Shown: in pieces, positions 55,884 to 64,000 of the stretch
Layout of the letters: every line of letters begins with the position of its first letter
Position numbering within the stretch: position 1 is the first letter of the stretch
IMG/VR virus record: IMGVR_UViG_3300020608_000013
Span: 62,001-126,000 of that record
DNA length: 64,000 nt
Direction: 5' to 3' (one strand)
The notes under the pieces: model-generated
What the model saw: the letters and a program-made list of their open reading frames with translations, nothing else
Told to the model about the DNA's origin: nothing
Database searches by the model: none
Made by a program: the position numbers and the translations under genes

Positions 55884-56450
55884 GTGAGTAACGTTATGGA
55901 ATTTCATGACAAGATTAAACTTATCAAACATAATCCTGCATTAGGTGTGACGATCGACTACCCTCGACGTGCTACAAAAGGGTCTGTTGGTTATGACATT
56001 CATGCGTGTATCGACGCGCCTGTGGTTGTACCTAGACGTGAATTGTGGTGTCGCCAAGATGAATACTTTAAAGCAGGTCATCTTGTTTATGGTCCTATTG
56101 TAGAAGAGAAACAAGAACATGTGGTGACAATCCCTTGTGGTTTCTCTTTCGATTATCGTGATAGTGGGACATTCCCTTTAATCGCACCACGATCAGGAAG
56201 AGGATGTAAAGAGGGTCTGGTTTTAGCCAACTCTGTTGGTATCGGTGATCCAGATTACAAGGGAGAGTATAAACTATGTGTCATGAACAGAGGGCATGAA
56301 GACATTACCATCAACCCCAACGATCGTATTATGCAGATTGTTTTCTTACCTGCTATTTTCGTGGAGTTTGTTGATGATAAGTTTGAACCACTCGCACCTG
56401 TTGCACAAGTACCTGAGCGAACAGGTGGATTTGGTCATACAGGGAGTTAA
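55884..56450 (+). CDS. dut: Trimeric dUTPase
   Basis: Motifs I GSVGYDI, II APRSG, III GIGDPDYKGE, IV DRIMQ, V ERTGGFGHTG; GTG start. Confidence 0.93.
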   Translation: MSNVMEFHDKIKLIKHNPALGVTIDYPRRATKGSVGYDIHACIDAPVVVPRRELWCRQDEYFKAGHLVYGPIVEEKQEHVVTIPCGFSFDYRDSGTFPLIAPRSGRGCKEGLVLANSVGIGDPDYKGEYKLCVMNRGHEDITINPNDRIMQIVFLPAIFVEFVDDKFEPLAPVAQVPERTGGFGHTGS

Positions 56451-56704
56451 CCCCTTGCGTTCACATTAAGCTCTTTTAGAAGATATTCGGTAAAGGCTTT
56501 CATCATCTTGTGATTTTCCTCATACAGGTATGTTGCGTATAATTTTTTATACGCAACCATTGTTTTGTAGGTGTAAGTCGTAATATCTTCTTCGTAATTG
56601 AAGAATTTAGTGAAAGCTCTCACGATACCATCATGGGTTTCAACCATGTCTTTGGGGATATTAACCACCCCAAACCCATGATAATGTTTACTAATTAGCG
56701 ACAT
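56447..56704 (-). CDS. Small hypothetical protein
   Basis: Start moved to ATG 56704, right after the upstream stop; 85 aa. Confidence 0.55.
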   Translation of the reverse strand: MSLISKHYHGFGVVNIPKDMVETHDGIVRAFTKFFNYEEDITTYTYKTMVAYKKLYATYLYEENHKMMKAFTEYLLKELNVNARG

Positions 56705-56705
56705 T

Positions 56706-57302
56706 TTATGTAACGTTCTCCATCTCAATATTGTAAGAATAGTTGTGGTCAACGATCTTAAATATGCGTACACCTTCCACCGTTGTTATTTTAAAGGCGG
56801 CAATGATGTGACCGTGACCCACCAACCCATAAAACTCGATTTTCCAACCGAGTGTAGTTTCCTCAAACGTCGTTTTACGATTTTTAGGAATATATTCAGG
56901 TTGGGTTGCGACGACCCACCCCTTTACCGCGTCCCATTGTTTGAAAGGGCGTGCTTTGTTCACCCGCCCTAAAGCTTCGGCAAACAGTACCTTATCAACT
57001 CTTTTATTTAAGAGTAGAGCGTCTGCTTTTAACTCGTTTACTAAGGTCGTGTACTTAGCATAGCGCAAGAGTTGGCTCTTACCTCCTTTAGTATTAACTA
57101 CTATATAATAGTTACTGTTTTGTTTTGTAACTATTATACTTTCATCAACATCAACTTCTTGATATTGCGTCACCGTTCCTTGATTGCAAAATAAAAGACT
57201 GTTAATATCCACGCCTAGATCGTAGTTAGATGCAATGATTGTTAGCTTTTTGGGATTGATCTTTTTAAGATCAATCCCTTGATCTAAGAATCTTTTGTAC
57301 AT
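56706..57302 (-). CDS. Hypothetical basic protein, probably early
   Basis: 198 aa, AGGAG RBS, TATATTAT motif upstream. Confidence 0.7.
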   Translation of the reverse strand: MYKRFLDQGIDLKKINPKKLTIIASNYDLGVDINSLLFCNQGTVTQYQEVDVDESIIVTKQNSNYYIVVNTKGGKSQLLRYAKYTTLVNELKADALLLNKRVDKVLFAEALGRVNKARPFKQWDAVKGWVVATQPEYIPKNRKTTFEETTLGWKIEFYGLVGHGHIIAAFKITTVEGVRIFKIVDHNYSYNIEMENVT

Positions 57303-57352
57303 TAGTTTTGTACTCCTTGTTCAGAATTGTGATTTTACAATGTGTCGTTAAT

Positions 57353-57360
57353 ATAATATA
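57353..57360 (-). promoter_or_regulatory. Putative early promoter motif TATATTAT
   Basis: GAACA-TATATTAT just downstream of a terminator and 51 nt upstream of the ATG at 57302. Confidence 0.55.
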
Positions 57361-57375
57361 TGTTCATAAAAAAGC

Positions 57376-57415
57376 ATAATAAGCTATTACGCCGTCACAC
57401 GTAATAGCTTATTAT
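57376..57415 (-). terminator. Rho-independent terminator after the head protease gene
   Basis: 16-bp perfect stem ATAATAAGCTATTACG/CGTAATAGCTTATTAT; U-tract follows on the minus strand. Confidence 0.8.
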
Positions 57416-57416
57416 A

Positions 57417-58229
57417 TTATTTCCAGTTGTAATAGATAGGTTTTGGCACATCGTCTTCAGGTATTCGGCGATGAGTGTAGTCTTCAACCATTACATTCAA
57501 GGATTCGAGAGAGAACATGGGGACTAAATTCGTTTTATCTTTAAGGTCAGTTGGACAGCTATCTCCAGTACACTGCAATGGAAGTGAAATAGACTCCATC
57601 GATGGCACGCTTACATTTCTAGGACAATCGCCTTGGTTAGCGATAGAGATACCACCATCAACAACTTGGTCAAAGGCTAATAAATTTGTTATTTTTTTAT
57701 ACCATTTATTATTGACACGGTGGGCATCTACTGTAGATCGTACACTAAATGCTACGTTCATATGTGGGTCTAATAAATCTTTTTCTAAGCTATTGCCAAG
57801 AGGACCAGTAGGTCTTAGCTTAGCGAGGATGGGTAGTACCCTATTATGTCCATCGCCAATGTTTTTCACATCAGTGTAGTTTTCATCGAAATATAGCCCG
57901 TACATAGTACCGCAAATCCGATCTTCATCGTAGTGTTTTAATCGGTAGATGAACTCTTGTTCAGTCCAGTGAGGTTCCCATTTAGGATGACCGTGCTCAC
58001 TTCTTAAAACCCCACGCTTAGCTCGATCGGATAACACACTATTTTTCTCTACAAGGTCTTTTGCTTGGTCTGCAACATAATACTCTCCTCTACTATTATG
58101 TGCATTGAGTGCGCCAACACAAACGACGAAATACCCATCCTTATCCACTTCTGATTTGAAAAGATTAGGCACCTCTCCTAATCTCCCCACCTCTATACGA
58201 TTCCCTCTTTGGGGAGTCTGATGATTCAT
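57417..58229 (-). CDS. Prohead (head maturation) serine protease (phiKZ gp175-like)
   Basis: SEHGHP (catalytic His), VAFSVRS (catalytic Ser), AFDQV; 270 aa; C-terminal SMES/SLES putative self-cleavage sites. Confidence 0.88.
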   Translation of the reverse strand: MNHQTPQRGNRIEVGRLGEVPNLFKSEVDKDGYFVVCVGALNAHNSRGEYYVADQAKDLVEKNSVLSDRAKRGVLRSEHGHPKWEPHWTEQEFIYRLKHYDEDRICGTMYGLYFDENYTDVKNIGDGHNRVLPILAKLRPTGPLGNSLEKDLLDPHMNVAFSVRSTVDAHRVNNKWYKKITNLLAFDQVVDGGISIANQGDCPRNVSVPSMESISLPLQCTGDSCPTDLKDKTNLVPMFSLESLNVMVEDYTHRRIPEDDVPKPIYYNWK

Positions 58230-58231
58230 TT

Positions 58232-58915
58232 TTAACTCCTTAGAACACGTTCTGCTTCATCTATAACATCATCCTGCGTAACAATCGCGCTAATTATACC
58301 GTCTTGTGAGTAACTATTGAGTAGTTTATTCATAGACCCTTTTGTAGAAAGTATAGGGTTACTTAATCCGATATAAGAGAGGTCTGTTTCGTTTGGGTAA
58401 TGTCTAGCAAGCTTCTTTAAGTCACTTTTTAAACGAGCGGTTAATGACCCCAGTAATTCACTAGCTACTCGAAAAAGTCCTGATTTAGAACCCCCATAAG
58501 CTTTCGCGCTATTTAAAATTGTTAACATATCTTCATATTCAAAGAACCAAGGTATTTTCCCTTTAATACGGATACGTTCAAAAAACTTAAAAGTAAGGTC
58601 CGACGTTTCTGCGATGTGGAGGGACTCGATAATAAAACTACCTGGGTTTATGTGTAATCTGTAATACGTGTCACCATCTCGGTTAAATAGTTCGATCTTA
58701 TCAGGATGCGTTGTCACCATTGCGGTTGCGTTATAAACAGTATACTCGTCTTCACAGATCAATGCAAATGTGCCAAAGATTGAAACAGTATCTGCTATAC
58801 GCATTAAGCCTGTTATTTCATAATCAGCTAGTGTCTCTATAGTCACTAGCTTATCATGTGTAATAGACCCACCAACAATAGTGAACGTGTTAATTAGTTT
58901 ACTATTGCGTTTCAT
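58232..58915 (-). CDS. Conserved phiKZ gp176-like virion protein
   Basis: 227 aa, KGKIPWFFEYED motif; syntenic. Confidence 0.65.
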   Translation of the reverse strand: MKRNSKLINTFTIVGGSITHDKLVTIETLADYEITGLMRIADTVSIFGTFALICEDEYTVYNATAMVTTHPDKIELFNRDGDTYYRLHINPGSFIIESLHIAETSDLTFKFFERIRIKGKIPWFFEYEDMLTILNSAKAYGGSKSGLFRVASELLGSLTARLKSDLKKLARHYPNETDLSYIGLSNPILSTKGSMNKLLNSYSQDGIISAIVTQDDVIDEAERVLRS

Positions 58916-58920
58916 AGTAC

Positions 58921-60381
58921 CTACTTAATGAGTAAGTTGTCAGTGTAACGGACTAAGTTGGCTAAGGTTGCAACGGTAGCCGCTTCCCTTGGGTCTTGTG
59001 TACTACCACTTGCTTGACGCATGTAGTAGAGTACTTCACCTGCGTCTGTGGTGTGGAAGATGATCGTAGTAATGCCTTTCTCAACAACAACAGGGATGTT
59101 ATCAAGATCGTCCAGTTTAAGGTCTCTTACAAACGTTTCATATAACGCTTTCGCTTTATTACGATGGGCTTCGGGTGTGGTAGTGCAACAATCAATCCAG
59201 CTCTCACCTTGGATTAATTCAAAGATGAGTTCTTTAAAAACAACCTTAAAGAGCTTCAACCGCTCTGTCTTTAACCGTAACGTATCAAGTCTTAAATGAT
59301 CGTCCCACGCTCGTTTACTCGCCTCTATACGTGATTGTAATCCCTCAAAGTTCTTCGTACTGGGGTTGACTGTCGCCGTAGCGATCAAATCTTCTTTACT
59401 ATGTTTTTGCATCCATGCATCGTATGCGTTTCGCACGATTGTTATTGAGTATTTATCCTCATCGCCTTTTAAAATAACATCGCCTCGACGTACTTGTAGT
59501 TTAAATAATTTATAGTGATAATCGAGACGGCTTACCGTTGTTAAAACCCAATGTTGGATAATGTGTTCATATCGCACATTACTTTCATGGCTAATCAAAT
59601 GATTTTTGAACCCTTTACCTAACTGACGGGCAATTAGCATAAGTAAAACGTTGATAGTTAAACTTTGATATAAGGGTAATTCATCGATTTTCTCGAATGT
59701 GATAGCGTTATCGACACGTTCTTTAGTGAACATGCTCAACCATAAATGTTTCAGTAATGGCTCAGTGTAATCGCTCCCAACTAGGACACGTATTTCACCA
59801 TACCATTCTTGAATAGCGGTGATAGTATGTGGTAAGAACCCTTCTGTGATAATATCAAGAAGTTTCCCTTCACTGAGTGTTTCATGGTTCATCATGCTAG
59901 GCTTACGATTAGTTTTTAATCGTGTACCTTCATACTCACTTAAATAAGTGGTTACGTCATCAAACCGCATGAACTCTGGGTCTGGATAGGTTCGTACAGT
60001 GTACTTATCTTTCGCATTATGTTTAGGGTCTAGTCGATCTAACTGCTGTGTTAACTTATCCGCGCTTTCATTGACTACGGGTATAATAGTATTTTTAAGG
60101 TAGTGTGTTTTTGCCTTAATAATTGTTTTAAACTCATCGACGAGACGATCTAAGTTTAACCCGAAAGATAACGTGTCCTCAGTATTTTCAAGCGCTTTCG
60201 TTAAACCGTAGGCATCAACAACACCATTAAGGTGGTCGTTAATATACTGTTTAATATCGACATCATTAAGTTTATTACGCACCGCTCCAACAGGTGAGCT
60301 ATGATAGGTTAATGGTTTTCGATGATCGCTTAACTCTTTCGCTAACGTATACGCTAGAGTGATACTTGTGTTTGAAATCAT
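58921..60381 (-). CDS. Conserved phiKZ gp177-like protein
   Basis: 486 aa between the gp176-like and gp178-like genes. Confidence 0.6.
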   Translation of the reverse strand: MISNTSITLAYTLAKELSDHRKPLTYHSSPVGAVRNKLNDVDIKQYINDHLNGVVDAYGLTKALENTEDTLSFGLNLDRLVDEFKTIIKAKTHYLKNTIIPVVNESADKLTQQLDRLDPKHNAKDKYTVRTYPDPEFMRFDDVTTYLSEYEGTRLKTNRKPSMMNHETLSEGKLLDIITEGFLPHTITAIQEWYGEIRVLVGSDYTEPLLKHLWLSMFTKERVDNAITFEKIDELPLYQSLTINVLLMLIARQLGKGFKNHLISHESNVRYEHIIQHWVLTTVSRLDYHYKLFKLQVRRGDVILKGDEDKYSITIVRNAYDAWMQKHSKEDLIATATVNPSTKNFEGLQSRIEASKRAWDDHLRLDTLRLKTERLKLFKVVFKELIFELIQGESWIDCCTTTPEAHRNKAKALYETFVRDLKLDDLDNIPVVVEKGITTIIFHTTDAGEVLYYMRQASGSTQDPREAATVATLANLVRYTDNLLIK

Positions 60382-60385
60382 TAAC

Positions 60386-60574
60386 TTAGTCCTCTTCGAT
60401 TAATTTAGTACGCAAGTTTTCATATGCGATTCGCTTGATCGTTTGTTGCGTAAGGGTTTCGCCGTCCTTATTTGGAGATAAGTCGTTTCCTATACACGCA
60501 TGAGTCGTGCGGGCGATAAATTCGATCGCCACTGCTAACGCCAGTGTGTCGTTAATAAGTTTCGTGTTTTTCAT
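60386..60574 (-). CDS. Small hypothetical protein
   Basis: 62 aa, AGGTG RBS, fills the gap in the operon. Confidence 0.5.
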   Translation of the reverse strand: MKNTKLINDTLALAVAIEFIARTTHACIGNDLSPNKDGETLTQQTIKRIAYENLRTKLIEED

Positions 60575-60582
60575 AAATCACC

Positions 60583-63500
60583 TTATTTTAAGTAATTGCT
60601 AGAAGTTATCTTGCTAAATTTCTTACAAATGAAGACAGACATGCCTAGTAATTTAGCAGAGTTCACAATACGCGCCGCATCACTACGACCACCAAACCGT
60701 AGATCAATTTTAGTCCCGTCTTCGGCTTCCACGTTATCTGGGTATACTTCAGCGATAGTTGCCTTCAACTGATGTGAGATAACCAGTTTGTCTACCGTGT
60801 TAATCGGGATGTCTTTTACCAGAAATATTTTAAGTTCAACCGTATTAGGTGGGAGAGGTTGCCCTTTTGTACGATAACGGCTATCAACAAAACCTGTTAA
60901 AGTTTTGTCTTTAGTACGCTCTTTTAACTCTATATCGGCTTGCTCAACAACTTTCCTTAATTGAGGGCTTAAATCTTCTAACGGTGCGTTATACCGAGCC
61001 TCAATACGATCAACGGTGGCGAGATATTTAGCAGTTGGTTTGTCACTTGCACGATGTTTGATTAAATCAGAAGTCTCTTTATCAAACATCTCTAATGTAC
61101 TAATCGCACTACTTTCAATATACATTAAAACATCGTCAGGTTTAAGGGATTGACCGACCTTCACAATCTTGCGAATTGTATAATCGGCAGGTACTTGTAT
61201 ATTACGTTCGTATATTTTATGCGTCTTAAGTCGTTTAGTGAGCGCCGTAGAGACTGTTACCGAATCCTCCCAAGTGATGCGTTCTTCAGTATAAGCCATC
61301 GTAGCTGTTAAGTAGGGCAGGTAGATTAGTTTAGCAGGGTCGTGTGGATCGGGTTTAAAATAGCTTTTGTTATAGGCAAGCGCATCATAAGGCTCTACTT
61401 TATCACCGACCTTCAAACTCGTTGTTATGTCATGAATATAATTACTCCCTTCAAAAGACCCGTAGTGTCTACCTAAGAAAACATCTTCTGTAGTTCCGTC
61501 TTCGTACTCGACTACTAACCCTTTATCAGAAACCTCTTTAACAACACCTTTACCTTTTGCGTGTCTAGCATGTATTTTATTCACACGGTAAGGGATAGTT
61601 TTCTCAGCCCCTGTACGCACTATAGGGGACTCGTAACCACTTTTCGGTGCGATGACGTGCGACTCCATAATGGTCGCCATATTTGCCCGTTTAGGGTCGT
61701 CTTGCGTAGAGAAGGGGTTTTTCATATTACTGGTCGATATGAGTCGATTGGCAGTCTCTGGGTTATCATCCCATTTCTGTCCTTGCCCACGTAATGTTTT
61801 AAAATCAGGGTCGTTTGTTAAGTATTTAACAATACCTACATCAGAGGAGTCAACTGTCGCTTCTGAATAAATACCCTTTTGTGTTTTATGTACTGCGCGA
61901 AGTTCTTCAGGTATAGCGTCTTTAGACCGCCCCCCTTCACCAACCATTGTGACCACTTCCTTAGACTTGATGTTTTGGAAGGGGTTGATGTCACGCTCTA
62001 GTTCTACACAAGGGTCTTGCATTATCGTCAACCATGTTGCGTTAGGCTTCATTTCTGGTTTTTGACGACGTTTAGCTTTCCTATTCTTGTAATCCTCGAC
62101 CGATTTAAACAATTCTTTATAAGCGATGCTCGGTAGACGTTCATAACCTCTAACGCGTGACATTAACTCACTGTTAGGGTCTTCATGGTAATCGAAAGTT
62201 AATAGTTCTACAGCACGTACAAGTAACGGAATGAACTCGTGGGGTTCGCCCATAGTAATTAACAAGTCTCTTGAGATCGGGTCTATGAATAGTTCGTTAT
62301 AAGTCTCTATTTTCACCAGACCTCGCGCTTCTACGTTTAAGGTGTTTAGTATACCTAATAACCCTTCAGGGGTGTCGTAGTGAGCGACATTGTAATTTAA
62401 GTTGGTTTTGTTGTAGGCGGCTAACCCGCTAAATAATAACTCCTCTTGAAAGTTTATTCGGTTAAATATTAGGTGGTAGTCTTTAAAGGTTATTGCATAT
62501 TGATCAGGTTTTAATACATATTCCTCACCAACAGGTTTTACCGTTACATCTCGTGCAAAATGTTCAATACAGTAAGATAGCCCTTTTAAAGTCGCTAAGA
62601 TTATAATGACAGGGATATTTCTCCCCATAAGTTTAACGGTTGCGTACTCTGTGAGCGAGTGTGTATCGAAGCGTAAAACATCCGTTAAATGTTTTTTATC
62701 AACGTTGTTGTTTTCGTTTAAATAAGTGACTACCCCATCGTTGTTTAAGAAAAGTAATTGCCCTCCGTTATTAGTAACACCTATGAAAGTACCGTACTTT
62801 TTTTCAGGCTTGGTGATGTCTTTTGTAGTCAACGTTTGACGTGTTTTATGGTTAAATGTTAAACGTGTGTCGTCACTAGTCTCGATCCAGTCAAATGATT
62901 TTGCTAATGCGCTATAGTGTCGACCCTGTTGTTTAAAGTTGTTGTCGAAAACAGGTGTTGGGTTAAGTGAATAGTTTTCATATTTTAAACTAGTTTGGTT
63001 CACCGTTTTCTTTAACCATACCGCATAGTTATTTGCCTTACGAATACCTCGTTGTACAAATATTTTACTGACTGCGCTAGAGATAACGACATTTTCAGGA
63101 CCAATTTTTCTAAGCGGCATATCGACGGTTTGCTTACGCATCCGTGATAGATTACCGTTATTCATGAAAACACCGTCTTCATCTACCACAGGTAGCTGTA
63201 TAGTGAGTGTCGTTGCCTCGCCTTGTATGGGTTTATACCTTACTTTATACAACATGTAATTATCCTTAACAGATTTGACATGTTGTTTACTATACCCTTC
63301 TAAAACCCAACCACCTCGTTGAATGTGTGAAATGGTGTTAACCATATCCTTTTCCAACAGTTCTTCGATGTACTGTGTATTATCGTTAAATAACGATGAC
63401 TTTAACATCGACGCTTTAGTCACGCCTTTTATTTTAGGGAGTTTATCCCCTTTTAGTATAAGTTCGTCAGGCTTGATAGCAGTCAAATCATCTAGTCGGA

Positions 63501-64000
63501 TGGTAGGATCATCAGGGCTTTTAATATCGCGCCATTTACCAAGTTTACTTACAGTGTCGCGATGCGTCTTTTCATCAATAAGACCCACTTTAAGTAAATA
63601 ATTTAGTTTATTTTCGTTGAACGTTTCTATTTTCGGGATCGGTTCATTGTAAGTTTTATTTACATAAGTAGGTTTAGTGGTCGGGATTAACGTGTCGTTT
63701 AACTCCTCTTCTAAAATATCTAACTTTTCGACATCTTGATCATCATACTCTTTTGTAACAGTCGCCTCACTAATCCCATTTAAGAAAGACATGAGTTGTT
63801 TATTAAGTACTTTTGAATCTTTTCTAGAACGGGGTGGTATGTTTTTCCCTATAGTGGGTGAATATGTTTTATCTTTATTAAGATTGTGCAACCAACCTAA
63901 ATTTAAAATAACATAGTGTGTATTAAATTTCAAAATAAAGTTTAACCGACTTGCTTGTTCGGGTGTTAGCTTCCCAAGTCGTGTGGCGGTGTCATTTACA
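60583..64000 (-). CDS. Virion RNA polymerase beta subunit (phiKZ gp178-like); 5' end lies beyond the window
   Basis: EATVDSSDVG, QDDPKRAN, WEDS, DKLVISHQLKAT and RFGGRSDAARIV RpoB-type motifs; the frame stays open upstream of TTG 63933 to the window edge. Confidence 0.92.
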   Translation of the reverse strand, partial: VNDTATRLGKLTPEQASRLNFILKFNTHYVILNLGWLHNLNKDKTYSPTIGKNIPPRSRKDSKVLNKQLMSFLNGISEATVTKEYDDQDVEKLDILEEELNDTLIPTTKPTYVNKTYNEPIPKIETFNENKLNYLLKVGLIDEKTHRDTVSKLGKWRDIKSPDDPTIRLDDLTAIKPDELILKGDKLPKIKGVTKASMLKSSLFNDNTQYIEELLEKDMVNTISHIQRGGWVLEGYSKQHVKSVKDNYMLYKVRYKPIQGEATTLTIQLPVVDEDGVFMNNGNLSRMRKQTVDMPLRKIGPENVVISSAVSKIFVQRGIRKANNYAVWLKKTVNQTSLKYENYSLNPTPVFDNNFKQQGRHYSALAKSFDWIETSDDTRLTFNHKTRQTLTTKDITKPEKKYGTFIGVTNNGGQLLFLNNDGVVTYLNENNNVDKKHLTDVLRFDTHSLTEYATVKLMGRNIPVIIILATLKGLSYCIEHFARDVTVKPVGEEYVLKPDQYAITFKDYHLIFNRINFQEELLFSGLAAYNKTNLNYNVAHYDTPEGLLGILNTLNVEARGLVKIETYNELFIDPISRDLLITMGEPHEFIPLLVRAVELLTFDYHEDPNSELMSRVRGYERLPSIAYKELFKSVEDYKNRKAKRRQKPEMKPNATWLTIMQDPCVELERDINPFQNIKSKEVVTMVGEGGRSKDAIPEELRAVHKTQKGIYSEATVDSSDVGIVKYLTNDPDFKTLRGQGQKWDDNPETANRLISTSNMKNPFSTQDDPKRANMATIMESHVIAPKSGYESPIVRTGAEKTIPYRVNKIHARHAKGKGVVKEVSDKGLVVEYEDGTTEDVFLGRHYGSFEGSNYIHDITTSLKVGDKVEPYDALAYNKSYFKPDPHDPAKLIYLPYLTATMAYTEERITWEDSVTVSTALTKRLKTHKIYERNIQVPADYTIRKIVKVGQSLKPDDVLMYIESSAISTLEMFDKETSDLIKHRASDKPTAKYLATVDRIEARYNAPLEDLSPQLRKVVEQADIELKERTKDKTLTGFVDSRYRTKGQPLPPNTVELKIFLVKDIPINTVDKLVISHQLKATIAEVYPDNVEAEDGTKIDLRFGGRSDAARIVNSAKLLGMSVFICKKFSKITSSNYLK

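Noticed and set aside
1280-63601. Many 60-200-aa ORF-track entries antisense to or nested in long genes (e.g. 1280-1888, 3321-3665, 7742-8095, 13959-14333, 16943-17275, 52787-53113, 57517-57879)
   Set aside because: They lie wholly opposite well-supported genes, are S/L/F-rich as expected of shadow frames, and lack RBS or motifs.
1-64000. Stop-codon reassignment (alternative genetic code)
   Set aside because: Standard code 11 gives full-length, tightly coupled genes ending in TAA, TAG or TGA with very high coding density.

Overview
This 64-kb window is a gene-dense, AT-rich segment of a phiKZ-like jumbo myophage, very probably a nucleus-forming chimallivirus. Family assignments rest on visible motifs plus synteny with phiKZ as I recall it; no database search was run. 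The window holds two virion RNA polymerase subunits (gp80-like, gp178-like), four non-virion RNAP subunits (gp55-, gp68-, gp71/73- and gp74-like), both halves of the split family-B DNA polymerase, two SF2 helicases, an SbcD/Mre11 nuclease, large terminase, tail sheath, head protease, class II ribonucleotide reductase, dUTPase, a Nudix hydrolase and a secreted lytic transglycosylase. The phage-nucleus gene block (chmA - RNAP beta' - Imp3-like - sbcD - chmC - gp68 - picA) appears intact. Most notable observations: (1) a 400-aa chimallin (ChmA) candidate, about 230 aa shorter than characterised ChmA, with no PhuZ tubulin in the window; (2) an unannotated -1 frameshift signal (T-run, 6-nt spacer, 11-bp hairpin) joining the gp77-like gene to a start-less downstream frame; (3) a 3.4-kb nearly non-coding island with two copies of a poly-C stem-loop element whose stems differ in sequence, a perfect 40-bp palindrome, further palindromes, a dense hairpin cluster and an apparent GC-skew flip; (4) a putative early operon of small exported proteins. 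No tRNA, CRISPR array, intron or intein was recognised.
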